A stretch of DNA of 28,557 nt, from assembly GCA_045046875.1 (NCBI GenBank), contig JASFYY010000005.1, positions 1-28,557 on the forward strand. Reading direction: 5' to 3'. Position numbers and translations under genes: made by a program. The stretch comes from Verrucomicrobiota bacterium. GTDB lineage: Bacteria; Verrucomicrobiota; Verrucomicrobiia; Verrucomicrobiales; DEV007. Shown piece by piece: positions 1-8,735 of the stretch; the first letter of the stretch is position 1, and every line of letters starts with the position of its first letter. The notes under the pieces were generated by a model. The model did no database searches. It worked only from the letters and a program-made list of their open reading frames with translations, and was not told where the DNA came from.

Positions 1-27
1 ATCTTGCCCAATAATTCAACATTCTTA

Positions 28-1296
28 TCACTCCTTCACCCGGTCAATCCTCGCTCCCAGGTCGATCAGTTTTTCATCAATATGCTCGTAACCCCGGTCA
101 ATATGATACACTCGGTTGATCTCGGTCACACCTTTGGCGGTCAAACCCGCGAGCACCAGAGCAGCTGACGCCCGCAAGTCGCTGGCCATCACCGGAGCAG
201 CACTCAGACTCTCCACCCCCTTGATAATAGCCGTCGCACCTTCAAGCTCGATATCCGCACCCATGCGCTTTAATTCAGGCACGTGCATGAAGCGCTGGGG
301 GAAAATCGTTTCCGTCACCACACTCAAGCCCTTCATCGTCGCAAACATCGCACAAAATTGTGCCTGCATATCAGTGGGAAATCCTGAGTAAGGTTCAGTG
401 GTCACATTGCAACCCACTTTTTCCGCTCCGTTATGCAGATGAATCGTATCCTCACCCACCTCGACGGTGAAGCCACACTGTTGCAACACATCAATCACAG
501 CCGTCAAATGCTCCCCATTCACTCGTTTCAAAGTCACCCCCTTGGGTCCACCCGCCATCGCAGCGGCTACCAGAAAAGTACCCGCCTCGATGCGATCCGG
601 GATCACCCGGTGTTCAGTGCCATGGAGCTCCTTCACCCCTTCGATCACAATCCGTCGTGTGCCTGCACCCTCGATCCTGGCACCCATTTTATTTAAAAAA
701 TCAGCCAAATCCGTCACCTCAGGCTCACAAGCAGCACCTTCAATCACCGTGGTGCCTTCGGCCAAAGTCGCCGCCATCATCAAATTATCCGTCCCCAACA
801 CCGTCGACCCATGACGACCACGCAAAGGAATCTCAGCCCCTTGCAAAGCTCCCTCGCACTTCACCAGAATATCCCCTCCCTCCATCTGGACTTCAGCCCC
901 GAGCCCTTCCAATCCCTTCAAATGCAAATCCACCGGGCGGTCTCCGATCACGCAGCCCCCGGGCATCGACACACTGGCCTCATTCAGTCTCGCCAACAAA
1001 GGCCCCATCACACAGATCGACGCCCGCATCTTACGCACCAATTCGTAGGGTGCTTCAGATTTTATATTCTCAGCTTTGACGATCACCGTGCCGCTCGCGC
1101 GCTCCACCTCGGCACCGAGGTTTTGCAAAATCTGGATCATATAATTGGTATCGCTGACATCAGGAACCCGGCGAATCACACAGGTTCCTTTGGTCAATAA
1201 AGTCGCCGCTAAAATCGGCAGCGATGAATTTTTCGATCCGCTGATCGCCACACTGCCCTCTAACTGAGCTCCGCCATGTACTAAAAGTTTGTCCAT
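28..1296 (-). CDS. murA: UDP-N-acetylglucosamine 1-carboxyvinyltransferase (MurA)
   Basis: 422 aa; motifs [33 protein letters not shown] (catalytic Cys loop), [24 protein letters not shown]. Confidence 0.97.
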   Translation of the reverse strand: MDKLLVHGGAQLEGSVAISGSKNSSLPILAATLLTKGTCVIRRVPDVSDTNYMIQILQNLGAEVERASGTVIVKAENIKSEAPYELVRKMRASICVMGPLLARLNEASVSMPGGCVIGDRPVDLHLKGLEGLGAEVQMEGGDILVKCEGALQGAEIPLRGRHGSTVLGTDNLMMAATLAEGTTVIEGAACEPEVTDLADFLNKMGARIEGAGTRRIVIEGVKELHGTEHRVIPDRIEAGTFLVAAAMAGGPKGVTLKRVNGEHLTAVIDVLQQCGFTVEVGEDTIHLHNGAEKVGCNVTTEPYSGFPTDMQAQFCAMFATMKGLSVVTETIFPQRFMHVPELKRMGADIELEGATAIIKGVESLSAAPVMASDLRASAALVLAGLTAKGVTEINRVYHIDRGYEHIDEKLIDLGARIDRVKE

Positions 1297-1319
1297 ATCC
1301 GTTTAAGCTAAAATTATTC

Positions 1320-2174
1320 TCAATCAACATTACGAGCAAAAAGAAAACGCTCATGTCCGCTGTCATCACTCACTATTTCTACATCCTGTAATCCCATTTC
1401 AAGCGCCAGGGCCTTGAGAACTTTGGCTTGTTGATAACCAAACTCCATCGCCACCACCGCCCCGTCATTCAGATAACTGCGACACTCGCGCAAAAAACGC
1501 TCCATCAACTCAGTCCCTACCACCCCACCAGCCAACGCCAATTCAGGATCACACTGCACCTCGCGGCTGAGCTTTTGCATATCACTTTGCGAAATGTAAG
1601 GCAAATTAGCCACGATCAAATCAAAGCTACCGGTGATCGAAACAAACAAATCCGACTGCAGCGAAGTCACCCTGTCCGCCCCCAGCTTCAAATTATTACG
1701 ATTCTCTTCCGCCAAAACCAAAGCCTTGGGAGAAAAATCCGCTAATACCACCTGCGCATCTACCTTCTCTCCTAACTTTACAGCCAAAGTCAATCCAATC
1801 ACTCCTGAACCCGTTCCCATATCAAGGATACGCATCCCCTGGGGCCATTCTTTCGTCAAAATCAATTCAACCAGTTCTTCCGTTTCAGGACGGGGAACCA
1901 GACCACGGTCATCACACTTGAATTCATAATCACTGAACTCAACACTGCCCACCAAATGCTGAACAGGAACCCCCTGCGCACGACGTTTCACCAAGTCCCG
2001 CAACAACTGCAAACTCTCTTCATTCATTGGTCGGTCGAAGTCCAAGTAGAGCTGCATACGCTCACACTTCAAGGCAAAGGCCAACAGATGCTGCATATTC
2101 AACCGCCCATCCTCAACACCGTGACGCTCTAGATAAGCCTCGCCTTTTTGCAGAGTATCAAGAATCGTGGTCAT
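1320..2174 (-). CDS. prmC: Release factor glutamine N5-methyltransferase (PrmC/HemK)
   Basis: LVPRPETEELVE, SAM-binding LDMGTGSG, NLPY (NPPY-like) motif; directly downstream of prfA. Confidence 0.95.
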   Translation of the reverse strand: MTTILDTLQKGEAYLERHGVEDGRLNMQHLLAFALKCERMQLYLDFDRPMNEESLQLLRDLVKRRAQGVPVQHLVGSVEFSDYEFKCDDRGLVPRPETEELVELILTKEWPQGMRILDMGTGSGVIGLTLAVKLGEKVDAQVVLADFSPKALVLAEENRNNLKLGADRVTSLQSDLFVSITGSFDLIVANLPYISQSDMQKLSREVQCDPELALAGGVVGTELMERFLRECRSYLNDGAVVAMEFGYQQAKVLKALALEMGLQDVEIVSDDSGHERFLFARNVD

Positions 2175-2178
2175 GGGA

Positions 2179-2213
2179 CAGAATACAGGAGGTAGAATTC
2201 AGGATTCAGGAAT
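2179..2213. repeat. Degenerate heptamer tandem repeat, 5 units (CAGAATA CAGGAGG TAGAATT CAGGATT CAGGAAT)
   Basis: 7-nt periodicity read directly in the prfA-prmC spacer. Confidence 0.6.
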
Positions 2214-2227
2214 AATCAATTCGAAGA

Positions 2228-3310
2228 TCAGGTCAGTTCGGCTTCCAGTTCGTGCAGGCGTTCTTCCATTTCTGAAACCCGCAGCTTGTCGAAAATTTCT
2301 TCCAACTGCCCTTCCATCACCTGATCCAGGTTGTAACCGGTATAACCCACCCGGTGATCCGTCAGTCGGTTCTGGGGGAAATTATAAGTGCGGATTTTTT
2401 CCTCACGCCCACCCGAGCCAATCAAACTGCGACGATGAGAAGAATATTTCTCCTCCTCTTCACGTTTTTTGCGCTCCAACAACTTGGCACGCAAAATCTG
2501 CAAAGCCTTTTCCTTGTTTTTGCCCTGACTGCGACCGTCCTGACATTTCACCATCAAGCCAGTTGGCAAGTGAGTCACCTGCACCGCCGAGTCAGTGGTA
2601 TTCACATGCTGTCCACCAGGCCCACCTGAGCGGGTGGCTTGAATGTGCAATTCGTCCGGTTTGAGAACCACATCAATCTCACGAGCCTCCGGCATCATCG
2701 CCACCGTAGCTGTCGAAGTATGAATGCGTCCCTGGGTTTCGGTATCCGGTACCCGCTGCACCCGATGCACCCCACTTTCATATTTCAGTATATTATACAC
2801 CTCTTCCCCCGATGCCTTGAACACCACCTCCTTGAATCCCCCCACTTCCGACGCACTCGCTTCGAGCATTTCGATCTTCCATCCCCCCTTTTCCGCCAAT
2901 CGCGAATACATACGGTATAAATCCCCCGCAAACAGCGAAGCCTCATCGCCGCCCGTGCCCGCACGAATTTCCACGATAACATCCCGCTCCTCCGCCGGAT
3001 CCGGTGGCAGCAAAGCGATCGTGATCTCCTGTTCCAAGCGCGGAATTTTTTCCTCCAGCTCTGGAATTTCCTCCGCCGCCAATTCTGCCATTTCCGCATC
3101 GTCGGATTTGGCCAATTCCTTGTTTTCGATCAAGCCCCTTTTTGCCTGGGCGAATTCCTCCCACAATTTCAGCAGTTTGCCCGTCCGGGTATATTCCCGG
3201 GTAACCGTTGCCGCTTTATCCGCGTCATCATAAAAACCCGGAGCGGCCATCGCTTCTTCAAGCCCGGCCAACTGGTTCTTTTTTTTCTCAATTAGAGGCT
3301 CAAAATCCAT
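2228..3310 (-). CDS. prfA: Peptide chain release factor 1
   Basis: EIRAGTGGDEA, ESGVHRVQRVPDTE (RF1 PxT specificity motif), GPGGQHVN (GGQ), IRTYNFPQNR. Start placed at ATG 3310 (MDFEPL...) rather than the ORF-track start 3361. Confidence 0.96.
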   Translation of the reverse strand: MDFEPLIEKKKNQLAGLEEAMAAPGFYDDADKAATVTREYTRTGKLLKLWEEFAQAKRGLIENKELAKSDDAEMAELAAEEIPELEEKIPRLEQEITIALLPPDPAEERDVIVEIRAGTGGDEASLFAGDLYRMYSRLAEKGGWKIEMLEASASEVGGFKEVVFKASGEEVYNILKYESGVHRVQRVPDTETQGRIHTSTATVAMMPEAREIDVVLKPDELHIQATRSGGPGGQHVNTTDSAVQVTHLPTGLMVKCQDGRSQGKNKEKALQILRAKLLERKKREEEEKYSSHRRSLIGSGGREEKIRTYNFPQNRLTDHRVGYTGYNLDQVMEGQLEEIFDKLRVSEMEERLHELEAELT

Positions 3311-3379
3311 AAGCTCAAAACATGGGGTGATTAATATCAAGACAGCAGATACTTCCGCCACCTTTTTCCATAAAACGAA

Positions 3380-3423
3380 AAAACGGTGAAAACGAACGCT
3401 TCACGCGTCGTCATCACCGTTTT
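3380..3423 (-). terminator. Probable intrinsic terminator/attenuating hairpin after rpmE
   Basis: Inverted repeat AAAACGGTGA...TCACCGTTTT with inner pairing, followed on the minus strand by a T-rich tract, about 15 nt after the rpmE stop. Confidence 0.6.
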
Positions 3424-3437
3424 AACAAAATTCGTAT

Positions 3438-3755
3438 CTAAGCAGATGCTTCGGTCGCCGCTTCAGCAGCCACCTCTTCTTTTGCGGGCGCTTCTTTCGC
3501 AGGCGCTTCTTTCGCAGGTTCAACTGCAGCAGGTTTGGGTGCCACCCTACGGGCTTTTGCACTACCGTAACGCTGGGTGAACTTGTCCACACGACCTGCA
3601 GTATCTACAAAACGTTGCTCACCCGTAAAAAACGGGTGGCACGATGAGCAAATGCCCACGCGCATATCAGGAGAAGTTGAGCGAGTCTGGATCACAGCGC
3701 CACAAGAGCACTGGATAACTGATTCTTTGTATTCGGGATGAAAATCTGCCTTCAT
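3438..3755 (-). CDS. rpmE: 50S ribosomal protein bL31, zinc-binding (C+) type, with Ala/Glu/Lys/Pro-rich C-terminal extension
   Basis: MKADFHPEY, CSCG...CSSCHPFFTG, DTAGRVDKF; canonical position upstream of prfA-prmC. Confidence 0.95.
   Translation of the reverse strand: MKADFHPEYKESVIQCSCGAVIQTRSTSPDMRVGICSSCHPFFTGEQRFVDTAGRVDKFTQRYGSAKARRVAPKPAAVEPAKEAPAKEAPAKEEVAAEAATEASA
3477..3518. repeat. 15-bp coding tandem repeat (about 3 copies) encoding PAKEA-PAKEA-PAKEE in the bL31 tail
   Basis: TTCTTTTGCGGGCGC / TTCTTTCGCAGGCGC / TTCTTTCGCAGG. Confidence 0.8.
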
Positions 3756-3825
3756 CAGAGTGTAAATTCGTAAAAAATTAATTAATTAAGTTTGATTGTT
3801 TGACCGCTCAAACAAGACGAGGCGC

Positions 3826-3854
3826 ACTTTAGAACACACTTTGCCCATCAGCAA
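3826..3854 (-). promoter_or_regulatory. Putative sigma70 promoter of the rpmE operon
   Basis: Minus strand TTGCTG-N17-TAAAGT followed by a GC-rich discriminator (GCGCC), about 70 nt upstream of the rpmE start. Confidence 0.6.
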
Positions 3855-3919
3855 GTGGAAATTCGCCCGAAAAACACCCCTTTTTACCCCCATCTCCCTC
3901 ATAGCTGTTCCATTTAGCA

Positions 3920-3969
3920 CCATAACGACCGAAACTTTGGCCGGCCGGACAAAATTTCGGTCGTTATGG
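3920..3969. repeat. 50-bp near-perfect palindrome with no spacer
   Basis: CCATAACGACCGAAA (3920-3934) pairs with TTTCGGTCGTTATGG (3955-3969); centre CCGG|CCGG; only two mismatched pairs (3935/3954 and 3940/3949). Confidence 0.85.
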
Positions 3970-4047
3970 CAAAGCTATTTTCAACAGGTTAACAAACAAA
4001 ACCCCCACAAACAAAGCGCCCAAACAATAACAGGCTGGGACGGATAT

Positions 4048-4088
4048 GGTCTTTGGCGGAGCCCCCACGGTCTTAGCTGGGGTCTTAG
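4048..4088. repeat. Three short direct repeats GGTCTT(T/A)G downstream of the tRNA 3' end
   Basis: GGTCTTTG at 4048, GGTCTTAG at 4069 and 4081. Confidence 0.65.
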
Positions 4089-4128
4089 TTTGCTAAAAAC
4101 CACCCATCATCCCTCATACAAAAAGGAG

Positions 4129-4200
4129 AGCCGAAGGTCGGAATTGAACCGACGACCTATTCATTACGAGTGAATTGCTCTACCCCTGAGCTACTCCGGC
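4129..4200 (-). tRNA. tRNA-Thr(CGT), CCA not encoded
   Basis: Minus strand GCCGGAGTAGCTCAGGGGTAGAGCAATTCACTCGTAATGAATAGGTCGTCGGTTCAATTCCGACCTTCGGCT: acceptor stem GCCGGAG/CTTCGGC, D-arm GCTC/GAGC, anticodon stem ATTCA/TGAAT with loop CT-CGT-AA, T-loop TTCAATT. Confidence 0.96.
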
Positions 4201-4212
4201 ATCGTGTGCCTG

Positions 4213-4240
4213 ATGGTAACTATAAAAACCGCTCTGTCAA
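4213..4240 (-). promoter_or_regulatory. Putative sigma70 promoter of tRNA-Thr
   Basis: Minus strand TTGACA-N16-TACCAT ending 12 nt before the mature tRNA 5' end; a 16-nt spacer is typical of stable-RNA promoters. Confidence 0.7.
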
Positions 4241-4390
4241 CCATCGCAAAACGCACATTTCCCCAAATTGCATCAGAATACTTGAAGTGCCGCCTTTCTG
4301 CGATTTAGTCTAGCCTACTTGTAGGCAGACTTTCCGACTTAAGCACAGCTTCTGCCTTCCACCATCCATCTTGAATTTTCCATTCCGACA

Positions 4391-6355
4391 GTGAAACCCA
4401 GTCTCGCCCACTCCCTGTCAAGTCGTCTCAAGCAATGGTGGTATAACCACAAGCGCAACGACGCTGCAATCATTCTATTTTTGCTCACAGTGCTGCTGGC
4501 GGCCATCGCCTACTTGATATGGGGCGACGACCCGTGGCGCAAACAACTGCCCCAGAAATTCCTCGCTGGTGAGCGCATCGACAGTCGTGGCGGCATCGTC
4601 CTCGGTTTATGGTTTGCCACCGCCGCAAACGCCCTGATCGCCACCACCTTATTACTCAGCTCCCGTTGGTGGCCAGAAAGAGGCAACTGCCCCCCACCAA
4701 AAACATCCACCCCTATCAGCCCTACCTCGATCTGGTCACGACGCCTTTTCCTGCTCGGTCTAGGTGCCGCCCTCTTGGCCGCCGCCTGGATCCGCGCACC
4801 ACGACTCGAACACAGCTTCTGGAACGATGAAGAAATGGCCTTTCGAAAATTTCTCTGGGGAGAAAACGTGGTCAGCGACTCCGGCGAACTCAAACACAAA
4901 AACGTCAGCTGGCAACGCACTCTGTTCTACACTTCAAACGGTAACAATCATGTCACTCAAACCGTAAGCTCCCGTATCAGTCACGAAATCTGGAAACGAA
5001 TTTTTTATAATGCTGGAGATCGCCCCTTCCAGGAATCCGTGATCCGTTTGCCACCTTTTATCAATGGCTTACTGGGCATTGCCGCATTGGCATTTTTACT
5101 GCACGTGACAGGCTATCCACTGGCAGGAGTCACTGCAGCCTGGCTACTTGCCCTCAACCCCTGGCATCTTCGTTACAGTGTCGAGGCCCGCGGTTACGCA
5201 GATCTGATGTTATTTATTCCGCTCACCTTCATCGCACTCATCTTTGCCCTGCGATCCGGTAAGTGGCGCTGGTGGCTACTTTACGGACTGCTGCAAAGTC
5301 TATACTTACTGGCTTTTGCCGGATCGGTTTACCTCGCCGTCGCTCAGAACCTGATCGTTTTGGCGCTATTACTTAAGCGGGGCAATATCAGCTCAATCTG
5401 GAAATGGGGGGTATCCACCGCCATCGGAGCCATGCTGTTCATCCAGATCATGACTCCCATGGCAATCCGGGTGATCGACTACAACAAAACCCACCAACAG
5501 GACATGGCGCCAATCACCCTCGGCCATCTGCAGGATCTCTGGGCCCACCTCGTCATTGGGGCACCCTGGAAAACCATGGCCGACCCTACTTTGCATAATG
5601 GGTTCAGCGTGCAAATGTACCAAGCAGGGCAACCTGGCATCTTGATATTGATGACTTTTTTCATCCCCTTGCTCTTACTCGCCGGCCTGCTCACCGCGCT
5701 GACAAAAAGCACCGAGTTACGCCTTTTCATCGGTTCCACTTTTGCAGCCCTCGCCCTGATTGCTTTGCACAACACCCTGTCAGAAACCATTTTCCTCATT
5801 TGGTATGTGGTCTATAGCGTTCTCATCTTTGCTCTAGCCCTGGCTTTTATTCCCGAGCTCATTACTTCTAGTGAACGTTTTTTCAGAAAAAACCAAGAGC
5901 CAAAAAAATGGCGCTCCACGACTCTCGCCTGTGCCCTGCTATTGATCGCTTTTTATGGCCTGTTCGTCACTCCTTCGCTGAGCCGCCTACGCCAGTTCGA
6001 ACGCGAACCCATGCGAGATGCCGTAGAGTTCGTTCGAGGAGAAGCCCCTGCCCTGAAACCTGAAAACAAAAAACAACTCACCTGCTCAATCGGATCAGGA
6101 GCCGTTCAGATGCGCACTTATGATCCCTGGGTTCATCCGGTGAAAAAACAAACTGATTTCGACAGCGTATTAAAAGAAGCCCGCGACAGCGGCAAGCCTC
6201 TATCTATCTACGTTTGCAGCCCACTACGGGTCGAACGTGAATTCCCTGAGGCATGGAGAACCCTCGAAGATCCGCAGGTCTTTGAAAAAACCGCTTATTT
6301 AAAAGGGCTCGAAGAATTCTGGAGCTTCCAGATCTACCGTTTGAAAACCCCATGA
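4391..6355 (+). CDS. Polytopic membrane GT-C fold glycosyltransferase (GT39/GT83, PMT/ArnT-like)
   Basis: 654 aa with many hydrophobic helices; SFWNDEE acidic motif after an early TM helix, ESVIRLP, LLALNPWHLRYSVEARGYA (E-A-R-x-Y signature). Confidence 0.8.
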   Translation: MKPSLAHSLSSRLKQWWYNHKRNDAAIILFLLTVLLAAIAYLIWGDDPWRKQLPQKFLAGERIDSRGGIVLGLWFATAANALIATTLLLSSRWWPERGNCPPPKTSTPISPTSIWSRRLFLLGLGAALLAAAWIRAPRLEHSFWNDEEMAFRKFLWGENVVSDSGELKHKNVSWQRTLFYTSNGNNHVTQTVSSRISHEIWKRIFYNAGDRPFQESVIRLPPFINGLLGIAALAFLLHVTGYPLAGVTAAWLLALNPWHLRYSVEARGYADLMLFIPLTFIALIFALRSGKWRWWLLYGLLQSLYLLAFAGSVYLAVAQNLIVLALLLKRGNISSIWKWGVSTAIGAMLFIQIMTPMAIRVIDYNKTHQQDMAPITLGHLQDLWAHLVIGAPWKTMADPTLHNGFSVQMYQAGQPGILILMTFFIPLLLLAGLLTALTKSTELRLFIGSTFAALALIALHNTLSETIFLIWYVVYSVLIFALALAFIPELITSSERFFRKNQEPKKWRSTTLACALLLIAFYGLFVTPSLSRLRQFEREPMRDAVEFVRGEAPALKPENKKQLTCSIGSGAVQMRTYDPWVHPVKKQTDFDSVLKEARDSGKPLSIYVCSPLRVEREFPEAWRTLEDPQVFEKTAYLKGLEEFWSFQIYRLKTP

Positions 6356-6419
6356 CGCGATCGCGGCCTTGTATTTCACCAACACGGGCGATTAACTAAA
6401 CGCTCACACCCAGTTTCAT

Positions 6420-7889
6420 ATGCAAAAATTCGTTCTTCACTCTGCTCGCCCCCTCGCCCGCATCCTTCTCACCATAGCACTGCTATCCCCCCTGCTGCTG
6501 CACACTCCCGTTGATGCCGCTGATAAAAAACCCAACATCGTGCTGGTTATGGCCGATGACCAGGGCTGGGGAGAAATGGGTTACATTGGTCACCCCAAGC
6601 TCAAAACCCCTAACTTTGACTCGATGGCAAAAGACGGACTGCGTTTTGACCGCTTCTATGCCGCCGCCCCCGTATGCTCCCCCACCCGTGGCAGTGTATT
6701 GACCGGTCGCCATCCTAATCGTTTTGGATGTTTCAAGTGGGGCAATACCCTGCGTCCGCAAGAAGTCACCATTGCCGAAGCACTGAAAACCGCCGGATAC
6801 ACCACCGGACATTTTGGCAAATGGCATTTGGGGTCGGTCATTAACGGCAGCCCGGTCACACCGGGAGCCAGCGGTTTTGACGAATGGGTTTCCGCGCCTA
6901 ACTTTTTCGACAACAATCCTATCCTCAGCGACCAGGGCAAAGCCGTCGCATTTAAAGGCGAAAGCTCCGAGGTGACGGTTGATGCCGCGCTCAAGTTTAT
7001 CAGCAAAAATGCCAAAAAAGAAAAACCCTTTTTTGCCGTGGTTTGGTTTGGTTCACCACACAGTCCACATATTGCTGCCAAAGAGGATTTTAAACTCTAT
7101 AAAGACGCCCCTAAAAAGTTACAAAACCTCTATGGTGAAATCACCGGAATGGATCGTGCTTTTGGCAAACTGAGAAGCTCGCTCAACGACCTGGGAGTGA
7201 AAGACAATACCGTCCTGTGGTATTGCTCCGACAACGGAGCCATTCAGAAAATCGGGGATACCGGTGGTTTTCGCGGATGGAAAGGAATGATTTACGAAGG
7301 CGGCTTGTTGGTACCCGCGATCATGGAATGGCCCGCCAAAATCTCAAAAGCCCGCATCAGCATGAGCCGTTGCAATACGGTTGACATCTACCCGACACTG
7401 CTCGAAATCGCAGGAATCAAGGTCAGTCATTCCCACCCGCTCGACGGCATCAGCCTACTGCCTTTGATCGAAGGCGCAGAGAGCCAACGGAGCAAAGCGA
7501 TGGGCTTCTGGGATACCAATACCAAAGGCGTCGGCACTCCGAGTAAAGGCTGGATGACAGACTTACTGGCCAAACAAAAAGCCGGGCAACAAGAAGAAGA
7601 CCCACTGCGGCTGCGTATGGACGCAGGAGAAATCAAAAAACAATACAACATCGACGAATTGGGCGGTCACGCCGCGTGGATCGATGGGGACTGGAAACTG
7701 CACCGCATTATCAACAAAAAAAGCAAAAAGCTCAGTTACGAATTGTATAATCTCGACAAAGACAAATTTGAAGAACACGATATGATCGCTGAAGAAAACG
7801 AGCGGGCTGAAAAAATGAAAGCCGCGCTCAGTACTTGGCAGAATTCTGTTATCGACAGCCTGAACGGAAAGGACTACTCTAACGAATAG
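6420..7889 (+). CDS. Secreted formylglycine-dependent sulfatase (family S1)
   Basis: Signal peptide; PNIVLVMADDQG, CSPTR...LTGR, GKWHLG, SDNG, YEGG, ELYNL. Confidence 0.93.
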   Translation: MQKFVLHSARPLARILLTIALLSPLLLHTPVDAADKKPNIVLVMADDQGWGEMGYIGHPKLKTPNFDSMAKDGLRFDRFYAAAPVCSPTRGSVLTGRHPNRFGCFKWGNTLRPQEVTIAEALKTAGYTTGHFGKWHLGSVINGSPVTPGASGFDEWVSAPNFFDNNPILSDQGKAVAFKGESSEVTVDAALKFISKNAKKEKPFFAVVWFGSPHSPHIAAKEDFKLYKDAPKKLQNLYGEITGMDRAFGKLRSSLNDLGVKDNTVLWYCSDNGAIQKIGDTGGFRGWKGMIYEGGLLVPAIMEWPAKISKARISMSRCNTVDIYPTLLEIAGIKVSHSHPLDGISLLPLIEGAESQRSKAMGFWDTNTKGVGTPSKGWMTDLLAKQKAGQQEEDPLRLRMDAGEIKKQYNIDELGGHAAWIDGDWKLHRIINKKSKKLSYELYNLDKDKFEEHDMIAEENERAEKMKAALSTWQNSVIDSLNGKDYSNE

Positions 7890-7916
7890 AATCTGATCCC
7901 CTATCCCCCTATAAAG

Positions 7917-8735
7917 ATGAAACTACCAAGCTACCCAAACCCCTCTTTCACCAGCAAACTGCTTCCGCTGATTGTCGGCATCGCCTGCAGCGCCACATTC
8001 ACCCTCGTCCAAGCAGGAGACAAAGCGGAGAAAAAATGTAAATCCGCTAAATCTGCTGAGTGCGCCAGTTGCAAAGCCTCACAAGATAAAAAAGACGGCC
8101 ATAAAAGCTCCTCAAAATGTGACTCGGACAAAACCCGTGATCATCATGCAAAAAGAGATCAGCCCAAGGGACGCCCCCCCGGCCCTCCTCATGCTGCAGG
8201 CAATGAGCGCAAAAACCTGCCTCCCGAAGCACAAAAATTCAGCGAACGCATTCGAGATTTCCATCAGCAAATCGGCAGTTTATACCGCGAAGGCAAAAGG
8301 GATGAAGCCCGGGAAGTCACCGGTAACTTGCGTGAATTCATTCAAGATCATGCCGAGTTAGCTCGTAAAATGGGACCTCCCATGCATGGTCGAGGGCCTA
8401 TCCCCCACCCCGGCCATCATCCACCCGCACCAAAAGCAGCAGGGCGTCCCGGACGACCTGAATCGCCCAAAACCCCAGTCGAAGAAATAGAGCGCCGCCT
8501 GCATCACATCCTCCAAGCCGCAGAAAACCTTGAGCAAGCCGGGATGGAAAAAGAATCCAAAAAACTCCGCCAACAGGCAGAACACATGGAGCGTGAACTT
8601 CAGAAACACCGTCAGCAGAATGAGGGTCGTTCCCATGGGGAAAAAATCGAACGAGAAATGAACGAACTCCGCGAACTGGTCGGCCAACTGAAAAAAGAAA
8701 TCGAACAGTTGAAACGAGCGCAAAAAGGACGCTGA
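7917..8735 (+). CDS. Hypothetical secreted helical/coiled-coil protein with Cys-rich and His/Pro-rich segments
   Basis: 272 aa, signal-peptide-like N-terminus, CxxC-containing segment, Pro/His-rich linkers, C-terminal heptad pattern; fills the gap between same-strand genes. Confidence 0.75.
   Translation: MKLPSYPNPSFTSKLLPLIVGIACSATFTLVQAGDKAEKKCKSAKSAECASCKASQDKKDGHKSSSKCDSDKTRDHHAKRDQPKGRPPGPPHAAGNERKNLPPEAQKFSERIRDFHQQIGSLYREGKRDEAREVTGNLREFIQDHAELARKMGPPMHGRGPIPHPGHHPPAPKAAGRPGRPESPKTPVEEIERRLHHILQAAENLEQAGMEKESKKLRQQAEHMERELQKHRQQNEGRSHGEKIEREMNELRELVGQLKKEIEQLKRAQKGR

Noticed and set aside
2228..3361. Programmed frameshift in the release factor gene
   Set aside because: This is RF1 (PxT motif) in a single continuous frame; the +1 frameshift is a feature of prfB.
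3796..4173. 125-aa plus-strand ORF
   Set aside because: Runs through the rpmE promoter, the palindrome and the antisense strand of tRNA-Thr; no protein-like motifs.
4306..4331. Hairpin AGTCTAGCCTAC-TT-GTAGGCAGACT upstream of the GT-C gene as a riboswitch or ncRNA
   Set aside because: A single short stem with a 2-nt loop and no recognisable riboswitch motif; not enough support.
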